A stretch of DNA of 64,000 bases from an uncultured Acidobacteriota bacterium (GTDB lineage Bacteria; Acidobacteriota; Thermoanaerobaculia; UBA5066; Gp7-AA6), in NCBI GenBank assembly GCA_963710945.1, contig CAVQCH010000003.1, positions 193,032 through 257,031 of the forward strand, written 5' to 3'. A model generated the notes under the pieces. The model did no database searches, was not told the origin of the DNA, and worked only from the letters and a program-made list of their open reading frames with translations. Of the stretch, positions 1 to 10,631 are shown piece after piece (the first letter of the stretch is position 1; each line of letters opens with the position of its first letter). A program made the position numbers and the translations under genes.

Positions 1-1593
1 TCCTCGGTGCGGCCGAGACGGCCGAGGGCGTACCCGAGCCAGATCCGCGGCTCGGCGAGGGTCGGGTCGGCCGCGATCGCGCGGCGCGCGTAGCTCTCGG
101 CAATCTCGAGCTCTTTCGGGTCGGTCTGATACGGGAAGCGCATGCAGTGGACCGCCACGAGACCCGCCAGGGCCGGAGCGTATGCGGCATCGGCGGCGAC
201 GGCCTCTTCGTAGAGCGCCTGTGCCTGATCGAGCGACCCCTTCTCGAGCCGGTGGAAGAACCGGCGGCCCCTCTCGTAGCGCTCGTAGACGTCGATCCGA
301 GGCGCGGCGCGCACGGCGGGCGCCGCTCCCCCGGGCCGGAGCAGCTCGGCGGCCGCCGCGGCGAGCCGGTCCTGCATCGTGAACATCTCGTCCACGGACC
401 CGTCGACTTTCTCCGACGCCACGGCCGCGCCCGTGACGCCGTCGGAAAGCTGCGACGTCACGCGCAGGCGGTCGCCCGCCCGCTGGTAGGAGCCCGAGAG
501 CACCCATCGGCAGCCGAGCACCTGCCCGAGCGGCCTCGATTGCTCGCCTTCTTCCGCGAGGGCGCGCCGCACGGCCTCCCGCGGGACGAGCGAGACTCCC
601 GGAAGGCGCGAAAGATCCACCGCCAGGCTCTCCGCGAACCCGCTTCCGATCCAGTCGTCGCCGGGATCGCGCGAGAGATTGCGAAAGTCGACGATCGCGA
701 GCGTGTCCGGCAGCGACGAGACGAGCTGCCCCGAGCCGAGCGCCCGCAGGTCCGCGAGAAAGGCCGCGGCGGACGCGTATCGCTGCCCGGGGTCGCGAGC
801 CATCGCGCGCGTCAGCACCACGGCCGCTTCGGCCGGCGCGCCCGCGCCGAGCGGCGCGAGCTCCGCCGAGAGATTCGCCGCGATGCGCTCGGCGGGGCTG
901 TCGCCCGGGAACGCCGGGCGCCCGGCGATCGTCTCGTAGAGGACCGCCCCAAGGGAGAAGAGATCCGACCGCTCGTCGAGCGGAAGCCCGCGAAGCTGCT
1001 CCGGCGACATGTATCCGAGCGTGCCAATCACGGCGCCCGCCGCCGTCAGCGCGACCTCGGTCTGGTCCTCGCTTCCGGCCGCGCTCTCCTGCAGGAGGGC
1101 GATCCCGAAGTCGAGGAGCTTGCCGAGATTGTCGCCGGTCACCATGACGTTCTCGGGCTTGATGTCCCGGTGCCACACGCCGGCCGCGTGCGCATGCACG
1201 AGGGCCTCCAGAAGCGACGCGATGACCGCAAGCGCCTGCGGGAAGGGCAACGGCCCGCGGCGCAGCCGGTCCCGGAGCGTCTCGCCCTCTACGAACTCCA
1301 TCGCGAGAAAGGCGATGCCGTCCGACTCACCGGCCTCGAAGAACGTGGCGATCGCGGGGTGTTGGAGGCGCGCGCAGGCCCGAGCCTCGCGGAAGAGCCG
1401 GGCGCGCGCCTCGCCGGTCAGCGTGGGCGAAAGGACCTTGACCGCGACCGTCCGCCCGAGGGCGAGGTCGCGAGCGAGGAAAACCTCCCCCATCCCTCCC
1501 GCTCCGAGGCGCTTCTCGATCCGGTAGTGAGCAAGGGTTTTGCCGACCAGGCGGCCCTCCGGTGCGGCAATTATCCTCCCGCGCTAACGACAT
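1..1593 (-). CDS. Ser/Thr protein kinase with C-terminal TolB-N-like/TPR region (3' end lies beyond position 1; absent from the supplied ORF track)
   Basis: My own minus-strand translation gives ..GKTLAHYRIEKRLGAGGMGEVFLARD..VAVKVL..HRDIKPENVMV..DFGIA..GTLGYMSPEQ.., then LAIVDFRNLSRDPGDDWIGSGFAESL and TPR-like helices running to position 1. There is an in-frame TAG at 1584-1586 and no ATG/GTG/TTG before the G-loop. ATG 1593 sits in the adjacent frame and fits if one inserted base near 1571 is removed (giving MSLAREDNAAPEGRLVGKTLAHYRI). The alternative start is CTG 1550. Confidence 0.8.
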
Positions 1594-1611
1594 ACAATCG
1601 CGCCGACTTCC

Positions 1612-4170
1612 ATGCCCATCACCGCGGGAACGCGCGTCGGACCTTACGAGGTGCTTGCCCCGCTCGGCGCGGGCGGGATGGGCGAGGTCTATCGCGCGCG
1701 GGACGCGAAGCTCGGGCGCGAGATCGCCGTCAAGGTCCTTCCCTCCGCCACCGCGTCGGACCCCGACCGTCGCCAGCGCTTCGAGCTCGAGGCCCGGTCG
1801 GCCTCGGCCCTGAACCATCCCAACATCCTGACCGTCTACGACATCGGCGAGGCGGACGGCTCTCTCTACATCGCCATGGAGCTCATCGAGGGCAGGACCC
1901 TTCGCGAGCTGATCGCCCCGGGCGACCCCTTGCCGACCAAGAAGCTGCTCGAGCTCGCCGTCCAGACCGCCGAGGGACTCTCCAAGGCGCACGCCGCCGG
2001 CATCGTCCACCGGGACCTCAAACCCGAGAACCTGATGGTCTCGAAGGACGGCTACGTCAAGATCCTCGACTTTGGCCTGGCCAAGCTGACAGAGACCGTC
2101 TCGGAGGACGCCTCCGTGCTCCCCACCGCCATCGCCGCGCCGACGCAGCCCGGCACGGTCATGGGAACGGCCGGCTACATGTCACCCGAGCAGGCGAGCG
2201 GTCAGCCCGTGGACTACCGCTCCGACCAGTTCACGCTCGGCGCGATTCTTTACGAGATGGCCACGGGCAAGCGCGCCTTCCAGAGGAAGACGGGCGCCGA
2301 GACGCTCGTCGCGATCATCAAGGAGGAGCCCGAGCCGCTCTCGCAGCTCGCTCCCAGGGCTCCGGCCCCCGTGCGCTGGATCGTCGAGCGCCTGCTCGCC
2401 AAGGACCCCGAGGAACGCTACGCCTCGACAAAGGACCTCGCGCGCGACCTCAAGAGCGTCCGCGACCATCTCACCGAGACTTCCCTTTCCGGCGCGCTCG
2501 AGGCCACCGGACCCGCCCGGGTGCGCCGCCGCGGCTGGGTGCTGCCGGCATTCGCCGCGCTCGTGCTCGGCGTCGCCGCGGGCTTCCTGTCGCGCGGCCT
2601 CGTCGTCGGGAAAGGGGGCAAGCCACCCGAAATCAAGCGCCTGACCTACTCCCGCGGCGCCATTCGGACCGCGCGGTTCGCCCCGGACGGCCAGACGATC
2701 GTGTACGGCGCCGCCTGGGAGGGCCTGCCGCTCGAGATCTACTCGACGCGTGCGAACAGCTCCGAGTCCCGGTCGCTGGGTCTGCCGAGCGCGGACCTGC
2801 TCGCGATCTCCTCCACGGGCGAGCTCGCGATCTCCCTTCACCGCCACTACATCTTCGGCTTTCAATCCGTGGGAACGCTCGCGCGCGTTCCGTTGGCCGG
2901 CGGCGCGCCCCGCGACGTTCTCGAAAACGTGGAGGACGCCGACTGGTCTCCCGACGGAACGAACCTCGCCGTCACGCGCCAGGTGGGAAACCGCGGCCGC
3001 GTCGAGTTCCCGATCGGCAAGGTGCTGTACGACACGGCCGGTTGGGCGAGCGACATTCGCGTGTCGCCGGACGGGCGCCTCGTCGCCTTCATCGACCACA
3101 CCCAGCAGGGAGACAACAACGGCAGCGTGAGAGTCGTCGACGCGAGCGGAAAGGTCCGCGTGAAGGGCCCGTTCGCGATCCGGGGAATCGCCTGGTCTCC
3201 GCGCGGCGACGAGGTCTGGTCGGGCGCGCGCAACGGCATCACCGCGACGAGCCTCGACGCCGAGAGCCGCGTCGTCTGGCTGACCCCGGGCGGAGGCGTC
3301 GACGACATCTCGCGCGACGGGCGCGTGCTCTGCACCACCAATTCCTCCCGGCGCGAGATCGTCGGCTTCGCGCCCGGCGGGAAGGGCGAGCGCAACCTCA
3401 CGTGGCTGAACTGGTCGTTTCCCGTCGACATCACGGCGGACGGCAAGACCCTCCTCTTCGGCGAGCAGAACGTCGAGCCGATGGCCATCTACCAGCGCCG
3501 CCTCGACGGGTCGCCCGCGGTTCGCCTCGGCGAAGGGGCCCCGCTCGGCTTCTCGCCCGACGGGCAGTGGGCGCTCTCCAGCCGAAACCTGGAGACCGGG
3601 CAACTCACGCTGCTGCCGATCGGCGCGGGAGAGCCCCGGGACCTGCCTAAAACCGGCATCAACGTTCAGTCGGCCACGTGGTTTCCGGACGGACGGCGAA
3701 TCCTGATCTCGGGCAACGAGCCGGGGCACGGTTCCCGGCTGTTCACCCAGGAAGTCTCGGGCGGCAAGCCTCGCGCCATCAGCGCGGAGGGAGTCAGCTT
3801 CATCTTCCCCAGTCTCTCGCCGGACGGGAAATCGGTGGCGGCCACGGGGCCCGACCGCCGAATCGCTATCTACCCCACCGAGCCGGGCGAGCCGCGGGCG
3901 ATGCCGGGAGCGGACCCGGAGGACGTTCCGCTGCGGTGGACGGCCGACGGGAGCGCGATCTACGTGTACAAGCCCTCCGCGCCACCCCTGCGCGTCGAAA
4001 CCATCGACGTGAAGACCGGGCGCCGCGCGCTCTGGAAGGAGATCCAGCCTCCGGATCTCTCCGGGGTCGAGCAGGTCGGCCCGATCCAGATCTCGCCGGA
4101 CGAGACCTCGTACGTGTATTCGTACCGCCGCCGGCTCGACGATCTCTACCTGGCGACAGGTCTGAAGTGA
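1612..4170 (+). CDS. Ser/Thr protein kinase - single TM - PD40/TolB-like beta-propeller (paralogue 1)
   Basis: Intact 852-aa ORF. Kinase motifs are GAGGMGEVY, AVKVL, HRDLKPEN, DFG and GTAGYMSPE. A TM segment (VLPAFAALVLGVAAGFL) follows the kinase half. The C-terminal ~500 aa carry repeated xSPDG PD40 motifs. Confidence 0.93.
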   Translation: MPITAGTRVGPYEVLAPLGAGGMGEVYRARDAKLGREIAVKVLPSATASDPDRRQRFELEARSASALNHPNILTVYDIGEADGSLYIAMELIEGRTLRELIAPGDPLPTKKLLELAVQTAEGLSKAHAAGIVHRDLKPENLMVSKDGYVKILDFGLAKLTETVSEDASVLPTAIAAPTQPGTVMGTAGYMSPEQASGQPVDYRSDQFTLGAILYEMATGKRAFQRKTGAETLVAIIKEEPEPLSQLAPRAPAPVRWIVERLLAKDPEERYASTKDLARDLKSVRDHLTETSLSGALEATGPARVRRRGWVLPAFAALVLGVAAGFLSRGLVVGKGGKPPEIKRLTYSRGAIRTARFAPDGQTIVYGAAWEGLPLEIYSTRANSSESRSLGLPSADLLAISSTGELAISLHRHYIFGFQSVGTLARVPLAGGAPRDVLENVEDADWSPDGTNLAVTRQVGNRGRVEFPIGKVLYDTAGWASDIRVSPDGRLVAFIDHTQQGDNNGSVRVVDASGKVRVKGPFAIRGIAWSPRGDEVWSGARNGITATSLDAESRVVWLTPGGGVDDISRDGRVLCTTNSSRREIVGFAPGGKGERNLTWLNWSFPVDITADGKTLLFGEQNVEPMAIYQRRLDGSPAVRLGEGAPLGFSPDGQWALSSRNLETGQLTLLPIGAGEPRDLPKTGINVQSATWFPDGRRILISGNEPGHGSRLFTQEVSGGKPRAISAEGVSFIFPSLSPDGKSVAATGPDRRIAIYPTEPGEPRAMPGADPEDVPLRWTADGSAIYVYKPSAPPLRVETIDVKTGRRALWKEIQPPDLSGVEQVGPIQISPDETSYVYSYRRRLDDLYLATGLK

Positions 4171-4197
4171 CGCCGCGACGCTTCGAGATCGACTGAC

Positions 4198-6753
4198 ATG
4201 GCGTTGACGGCCGGCACGAAGCTCGGACCCTACGAGATCCTCGCGCCGCTCGGCGCGGGCGGGATGGGCGAGGTCTACCGGGCGCGCGATGCGAAGCTCG
4301 GCCGCGAGGTCGCGATCAAGGTTCTTTCGGGCGCGACGGCGTCGGACCCGGATCGGCGCCAGCGGTTCGAGCTCGAGGCGCGCGCGGCGTCGGCGCTCAA
4401 CCATCCCAACATCCTCACGGTTCACGACGTGGGCGAAGCCGACGGGACGATCTACATCGCCATGGAGCTCGTCGAGGGAAAAACGCTGCGCGAGCTCGTT
4501 GCCTCGGGCGAGCCGCTGCCGACGAAGAAGCTGCTCGACGTCGCCGCCCAGACGGCCGAGGGTCTGGCCAAGGCGCACGCGGCCGGGATCGTGCACCGGG
4601 ACCTGAAGCCCGAGAACCTGATGGTCTCCAGGGACGGCTACGTCAAGATCCTCGACTTCGGCCTGGCCAAGCTGACGGAGACCGTAACGCAGGACGCCTC
4701 CGTCCTTCCAACCGCGATCGTCGCCCCGACACAGCCGGGCACCGTCATGGGCACGGCCGGATACATGTCGCCGGAGCAGGCGAGCGGGCAAACCGTCGAC
4801 TATCGATCCGACCAGTTCGCCCTGGGCGCGATCCTCTACGAGATGGCGACGGGCAAGCGCGCCTTCCAGAGAAAGACCGGCGCCGAGACGCTGGTCGCGA
4901 TCATCCGGGAGGAGCCTGAACCGATCAGCCAGCTCGCGCCGAAGGCCCCGGCTCCCGTGCGCTGGATCGTGGAGCGCCTGCTCGCCAAGGATCCCGAGGA
5001 GCGTTACGCCTCGACGCGGGATCTGGCACGGGAGCTCGAGAGCGTGCGCGACCACCTCTCGGAGACGTCTCTGTCGGGCGGCCTCGAAACTGCCGAGCCC
5101 GCCAGGACGCGCCGCCGCGGCTGGCTTGCGCCCGCCCTTCTCGCGCTCGTGATCGGAGCCGTCCTCGGCGCATTCATCCTCACGAGGGTTCGAAGCAAGC
5201 CGGCTGCCGCGATCCAATTCCAGCAGCTGACGTTTCAGCGCGGGCAGGTCCTTTCGGCGCGATTCGCCCCGGATGGCCAGACGATCGTGTATAGCGCCGC
5301 GTGGGAGGGCCGCAAGCCCGAGGTCTTCACGACGCGGCCCGACAGCGCCGAGTCGCGGTCCCTCGACCTGCCGGGCGCCACGGTCCTCGCGGTTTCTTCG
5401 ACCGGCGAAATCGCGGTCTCTCTGAACCGCCATTTCATCATCGGTTACGAGGGGACGGGGACGCTCGCGCGCGTGCCGCTGGCCGGGGGCTCGCCGAGAG
5501 AGGTCCTCGAGAGCGCCCAGGACGCCGACTGGTCTCCCGACGGCAAGGAACTGGCGGTGTGCCGAGTCGTCGGCAACAGGAGCCGGCTGGAGTACCCCAT
5601 CGGGAAGGTCCTCTACGAAGCGGCCAACTGGGTGAGGGCAGTCCGCGTCTCTCCGGACGGCAAGCGGCTCGCGTTCATCGACTGCCTGCAGCGAGGCAAC
5701 AACGACGGCCGCCTCAAGGTGGTGGACACGAGCGGCAAGCTCGTGCTGGAAGGCCCTCTGGTGAAGGGAGCCGGAACCATCGCCTGGTCATCGAAGGGAG
5801 ACGAGGTGTGGTTCGGCAGGATCGAAGCCATGACCCTCGACGGGAAGGTCCGCCCGGTGTGGACCTCGCCGCTCGCTTCGCTGGAGGATCTCTCGCGCGA
5901 CGGCCGGGTGCTCGTCAGCGAGTTCACCGCACGCCGCGAGATGGTTGGCTTCGGCCGCGACGGAGTGCCGCACAACCTCACGGCCCTCAACTGGTCGTTT
6001 CCGAGCGACATCTCCGCCGACGGCGACACGGTCCTCTTCTACGAGCAGATCCGCCAGCCACCCGGCGTCTACGTGCGAAAGCTCGACGGCACCCCTGCCG
6101 TCCGCCTCGCCGACGGCGAGGGCTACGGCCTCTCTCCCGACGGCCGGTGGGCGCTAGCCGCGAAGCTTCCCGAGCGCCGGCCGATCACGCTCGTCCCAAC
6201 GGGCGCCGGAGAGCCGAAGACGCTGGACATCGGCAACCTCGCCTTTGGGTGGGGGAACTGGTTTCCGGACGGTCGGCGCATTCTGATCGGCGGAAACGAG
6301 CCCGGCCGGGGACCGCGCCTGTTCGTCCAGGACCTTTCCGGGGGCAAGCCCCGGCCGATCAGCGCGGAGGGCGTCTCGATCACCATGCAGGCCATCTCGC
6401 CCGACGGCCGGTCGATCGTCGCTCGCGGGCCGGACGGCCGGATCGCCATCTACCCCGCGGAGCCGGGCAGCGAGCCGCGGCCCGTCCCGGGAGTCGCCCC
6501 TGAGGACATGCCGCTTCGATGGACAGCCGACGGCCGCTCGCTCTACGTCACGAGGTTCTCGGCGCTGCCGGGAATCATCGACATCGTGGACATCGCCACC
6601 GGGCATCGGGCACCGTGGAAGAGGTTCGAACCGGTCGATCCGAGCGGCGTCGAGCAGGCCGGCCCGGCGATGATCTCCCCGGACGGCACGACCTACGTGT
6701 ACTCGTTCCGGCGCGTGCTCGGGGATCTCTTCCTTGCGACGGGGATGAAGTAG
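4198..6753 (+). CDS. Ser/Thr protein kinase - single TM - PD40/TolB-like beta-propeller (paralogue 2)
   Basis: Intact 851-aa ORF with the same architecture and catalytic motifs as 1612-4170. The kinase half is near-identical; the propeller half is clearly more diverged. Confidence 0.93.
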   Translation: MALTAGTKLGPYEILAPLGAGGMGEVYRARDAKLGREVAIKVLSGATASDPDRRQRFELEARAASALNHPNILTVHDVGEADGTIYIAMELVEGKTLRELVASGEPLPTKKLLDVAAQTAEGLAKAHAAGIVHRDLKPENLMVSRDGYVKILDFGLAKLTETVTQDASVLPTAIVAPTQPGTVMGTAGYMSPEQASGQTVDYRSDQFALGAILYEMATGKRAFQRKTGAETLVAIIREEPEPISQLAPKAPAPVRWIVERLLAKDPEERYASTRDLARELESVRDHLSETSLSGGLETAEPARTRRRGWLAPALLALVIGAVLGAFILTRVRSKPAAAIQFQQLTFQRGQVLSARFAPDGQTIVYSAAWEGRKPEVFTTRPDSAESRSLDLPGATVLAVSSTGEIAVSLNRHFIIGYEGTGTLARVPLAGGSPREVLESAQDADWSPDGKELAVCRVVGNRSRLEYPIGKVLYEAANWVRAVRVSPDGKRLAFIDCLQRGNNDGRLKVVDTSGKLVLEGPLVKGAGTIAWSSKGDEVWFGRIEAMTLDGKVRPVWTSPLASLEDLSRDGRVLVSEFTARREMVGFGRDGVPHNLTALNWSFPSDISADGDTVLFYEQIRQPPGVYVRKLDGTPAVRLADGEGYGLSPDGRWALAAKLPERRPITLVPTGAGEPKTLDIGNLAFGWGNWFPDGRRILIGGNEPGRGPRLFVQDLSGGKPRPISAEGVSITMQAISPDGRSIVARGPDGRIAIYPAEPGSEPRPVPGVAPEDMPLRWTADGRSLYVTRFSALPGIIDIVDIATGHRAPWKRFEPVDPSGVEQAGPAMISPDGTTYVYSFRRVLGDLFLATGMK

Positions 6754-6757
6754 CGCC

Positions 6758-9314
6758 ATGAGCCTCTCCGCGGGAAGCCGGCTCGGCCCCTACGAGATCC
6801 TGGCGCCTATCGGCGCGGGCGGGATGGGCGAGGTCTACCGCGCGCGCGACGCGAAGCTCGGCCGCGAGATCGCGGTCAAGGTCCTGCCTCAGGCGACCGC
6901 GTCGGACCCCGATCGGCGCCAGCGCTTCGAGCAGGAAGCCCGCTCCGCCTCCGCCTTGAACCACCCCAACATCCTCACGATCTACGACATCGGCGAGGCC
7001 GACGGCTCTCTCTACATCGCCATGGAGCTCATTGAGGGCCGGACTCTGCGCGAGCTCGTCGCTTCGAGCGAGCCCCTCCCGACGAAGCGTCTGCTCGATC
7101 TCGCCGTCCAGATCGCCGAGGGCCTGGCCAAGGCGCACGGCGCCGGCATCGTCCACCGCGACCTGAAGCCCGAGAACCTGATGGTCTCGAAGGACGGCTA
7201 CGTCAAGATCCTCGACTTCGGCCTGGCCAAGCTGACCGAGATGCCGTCGTCGGCCGCTTCGGTCCTGCCGACCGCAATTGCCGCGCCAACCGAGCCGGGC
7301 ACGGTCATGGGCACGGCCGGCTACATGTCGCCCGAGCAGGCGAGCGGCCAGCCCGTGGACTATCGCTCCGACCAGTTCACGCTCGGCGCGATCCTTTACG
7401 AGATGGCCACCGGCAAGCGCGCCTTCCAGAGAAAGACCGGCGCCGAAACGCTCGTCGCGATCATCCGCGAAGAGCCCGAGCCGCTGGCGCAGGCGGCGCC
7501 GAGGGCTCCCGCTCCCGTGCGCTGGATCGTCGAGCGCTGTATGGCGAAGGATCCCGACGACCGCTACACCTCGACCCGCGATCTCGCGCGGGATCTGAAA
7601 AGCGTCCGAGACCATCTTTCCGAAACCACCGTCTCCGGGGGGCTCGCCGCGGCCGAGCCGGCCAGGACCCGCCGCCGCGGCTGGCTCCTGCCCGCCGCCC
7701 TCGCGCTCGCCGCCGGGGCCGGCCTCGGCTTCCTGCTGAAGGGCCTCGCCGCCGGCAAGCCGAGCGCGCCCGAGCAGTTTCAGCCCCTGACGTTTCAGCG
7801 CGGGGCGATCCTCGAACGCGCGCTTCGCCCCGGACGGCCAGACGGTCGTCTACGGCGCGGCGTGGGAAGGCCGCCCGCTCGAGATTTATTCGACGCGCAC
7901 CAACAGCACCGAGTCGCGCGCCCTCGGTCTTCCGGCGGACGTCCTCTCCATCTCGTCGAGCGGCGAAATGCTGATTTCGCTCGGCCGGCACTACGTCGTC
8001 GGGTATGAAACGATGGGCACGCTCGCGCGCGTTCCTCTCGGCGGCGGCGCCCCTCGCGCGATCCTGGAAGACGTCGAGGACGCGGACTGGTCGCCGGACG
8101 GGAAGAACCTGGCGGTGACGCGCCGCGTTGGCAACAGGAGCCGCCTCGAGTATCCCGTCGGCAAGGTCCTCTACGACGCGCCGGGCTGGGTCAGCTACGT
8201 GCGGATCTCGCCCGACGGCCGGTACCTGGCGTTCATCGATCACGCCCGCGGCGCGGACAACGACGGGTTCCTCAAGATCATCGACACGAGCGGGAAAGCG
8301 ATGTTGACCGGGCCCTTTGCCTGCTGCGGCGTCGCCTGGTCGAAGAAAGGCGACGAGGTCTGGTCGGCCGGATACCGCCTCGACGCGACCTCTCTCTCCG
8401 GCAAGACGCGAATCGTCCGCGCGTCGCCGGGGTTCGTGTGGCTCTACGACATCGCGCGGGACGGACGCACCCTGCTGGCCGCGGTCAACCCGCGCCGGGA
8501 AATCGTCGGGGTGGCCGCGGACCAGGTGGCGGAGCGCAACCTGACCCTGCTGAACTACTCGTTTCCCGCCGACATCTCCCGGGACGGGTCCATGCTGCTC
8601 TTCGACGAAGAGAACGTCGTTCCCAACGCGGTCTACCTTCGAAAGCTCGACGGCTCGCCCGCCGTGCGCCTCGGCGAGGGCAGCGCCTACGCCCTCTCGC
8701 CGGACGGCGCCTGGGCGCTCACCGTGCCGGAGCCGGGAAGCAACCAGCTCATCCTCCTGCCGACGGGCACGGGAGAGCCGAAGCCGCTGGCAAAGACCAG
8801 CCTTCGGTACCAGTGGGGCGACTGGTTTCCGGATGGAAAACGCGTGCTCGTCGTGGCGAGCGAGCCCGGGCACGGCGCGCGGCTCTACGTGCAGAACGTC
8901 GCCGGCGGCACGCCGCGCCCGATCACGCCCGAGGGCGTCAGCGGCCAGTTTCACGGCGTTTCCCCGGACGGGAAGTTCGTCGCCGTGAACGGCCCGGACA
9001 CCCGCCTCACGATCTACCCGACGGACGGCGGTCCGCCGACGGCCGTTCCCGGCACGGAGCCGAACGATCAGGCGCTGCGCTGGACCCCGGACGGACGCTC
9101 GCTGTACGTCTGGCATTCCACGGCGCCCCCGGGCCGGATCGACCTGGTGGAAGTCGCCACCGGACGGCGCACGCTCTGGAAGGAACTTCCTCCGCCCGAC
9201 CCCGCGGGCGTACTGCAGGTCGGACCCGCCGTCATCTCGGCGGACGCGCGCTCCTACGTCTACTCGTACCGCCGGGTCCTCTACGAGCTCTTCCTCGCAA
9301 CGGGCCTGAGGTGA
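6758..9314 (+). CDS. Ser/Thr protein kinase - TM - PD40 beta-propeller (paralogue 3), interrupted by one 1-nt insertion
   Basis: Track ORFs 6758-8008 and 7968-9314 join colinearly with paralogues 1 and 2 if base c7817 is skipped (..TFQRGAILE|ARFAPDGQTVVYGAAWEG..). Total length is 2557 nt = 3n+1. Confidence 0.85.
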
Positions 9315-9318
9315 GGAC

Positions 9319-9417
9319 ATGACGATGTCCGCGGGAACCCGCCTCGGCCCAGATCCTCGCGCCGACTACATCGCCATGGAGCTCGACGACCTGTTCCTGG
9401 TCACGGGCCTGCGCTAG
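9319..9417 (+). pseudogene. Relic of a fourth kinase-propeller paralogue (32-codon mosaic)
   Basis: ATG lies 4 nt after the paralogue-3 stop, the same spacing as the 2->3 junction. It translates as MTMSAGTRLGPDPRADYIAMELDDLFLVTGLR*. This combines the kinase N-terminus (MSAGTRLGP), the YIAMEL motif and the family C-terminus (DLFLxTGLx*). Confidence 0.6.
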
Positions 9418-9418
9418 C

Positions 9419-10587
9419 TCAGCCGAGCGACCCCACGGCGGCGCGCGCGGCTGCGAGGTACACGGGCTTCGGATTGAGCGCGTATTCGCGCAGGCACGCC
9501 TCGGTGAACTTGATCGCGTGCTCGTCGCCGGTCGCAAGCGCCCGGTCGACGAGATCCTCGCGGTCGCCCTTCGGCGCAGGCGGCGGCGCCGGGCTCGACC
9601 ACTTTCCCCCGCTCGCGGCGTACAGCGCCGCGGCGCCCTGCCAGCCGTAGCGCAGCAGCGCCTCCCGCGCGCCGGCGTCGAGGTGAGGCAGCAGCAGCCG
9701 GATCGCGCTCGGGCCCGTGACGGCGTGGACGTAGGTGATGACGCTGCCGGGCGGCACGTTCTCGAGATAGACCGCGGCGAAGGTCTCCGTCAGGTTGCGA
9801 GAGAAACGCCGACGCATCGCCGGATACGTCCACCATGTTTGCCACGCCCGCGAACGGCGCGAACCGGTCGAGCGGAGCGAGGCGATCGGTGATGTTGCCG
9901 GTGTGGATCTGTCGCGCGGCCGGAAGCGACGACACCTGCGGGATCGCCGCGAGCGGCGTTCGGCTCCCGGCGGCCGCGGCCGACTCCGGGAGCACCTCGT
10001 AGGTCGCGGCCCAGTATCCGAGCCCTTCCGCGAGCTCCCGCCGGCGCGCACGCGTCTCCCGCGCGTCGAGGCTTCGCACCGCGTGGGCCGTCCGAATGAC
10101 TCCATGGAAAGCGGCCGCGATCACGCCGGGCGAGAGGCGCGGCACCCACTCGGCGAGGACTTCCTTCCACGGCCGCTCCTCCACCCGGCGGTCGAAGAAG
10201 ACGATCCAGTCGCCGACGCGGCCTCCCTGGCCGAGCGCCTCGCGCCACGCTTTCGGGTCGATCGGATGGCCGCCCGGCGGATGATCGTAGAGTCGGCGCC
10301 GGTACGTCTCGACCCACGGAACGACGGCGTCCGGCCGTCCGAGGACGACGAGCGCTTCGGCGGCCATCGGTCCGTGGTTGGCGAGGCGGCCCGCGTACTC
10401 GGGGCCGGTCTTCGCGAGCAAGGGCGAGCGCCTCTTCCATCGCTTCGGCGCCGCGCGTCGTGCTGTCCATGGATGCTCCGGTGGCGGCGAGGACTCGCGG
10501 ACCCACACAGGCGGCGGAAGCGGCCGTCGCCGCGTGGCGAAGAAACCGGCGCCGCGAGTGGATGACCATCGCCGACGCCGCGATCAT
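9419..10587 (-). CDS. DUF4243/questin-oxidase-like protein with twin-arginine signal; two 1-nt insertions
   Basis: The N-terminus MVIHSRRRFLRHAATAASAA is Tat-like. The core reads ..LLAKTGPEYAGRLANHGPMAAEALVVLGR.. and the C-terminus ..NLTETFAAVYLENVPPGSVITYVHAVTGPSAIRLL... These lie in three frames, with switches near 10422 and 9800. Length is 1169 nt = 3n+2. Confidence 0.65.
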
Positions 10588-10631
10588 AGCGCTTTGGTAG
10601 ACTCTGCGGGATCGATCTCGCCAGATGCACC

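Larger units (their letters stand above)
1612..9417 (+). repeat. Tandem direct array of ~2.56-2.59 kb kinase-propeller gene units (3 full + 1 relic)
   Basis: The same nucleotide run gacggctacgtcaagatcctcgactt(t/c)ggcctggccaagctgac starts at 2047, 4633 and 7193. Gene order and junctions are conserved. Confidence 0.9.

Noticed and set aside
147-3650. 1167-aa plus-strand ORF, with similar giant ORFs at 2182-5433(-), 11278-13563(-), 13191-14894(+ part), 37282-39504(- upstream part), 42446-44650(-), 45583-47754(+), 55345-59073(-) and 57988-59598(+ part)
   Set aside because: They are Arg/Pro/Gly/Ala-rich, low-complexity translations. They lie antisense or out of frame to genes with clear conserved motifs. 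Stop-poor shadow frames like these are expected at ~70% GC.
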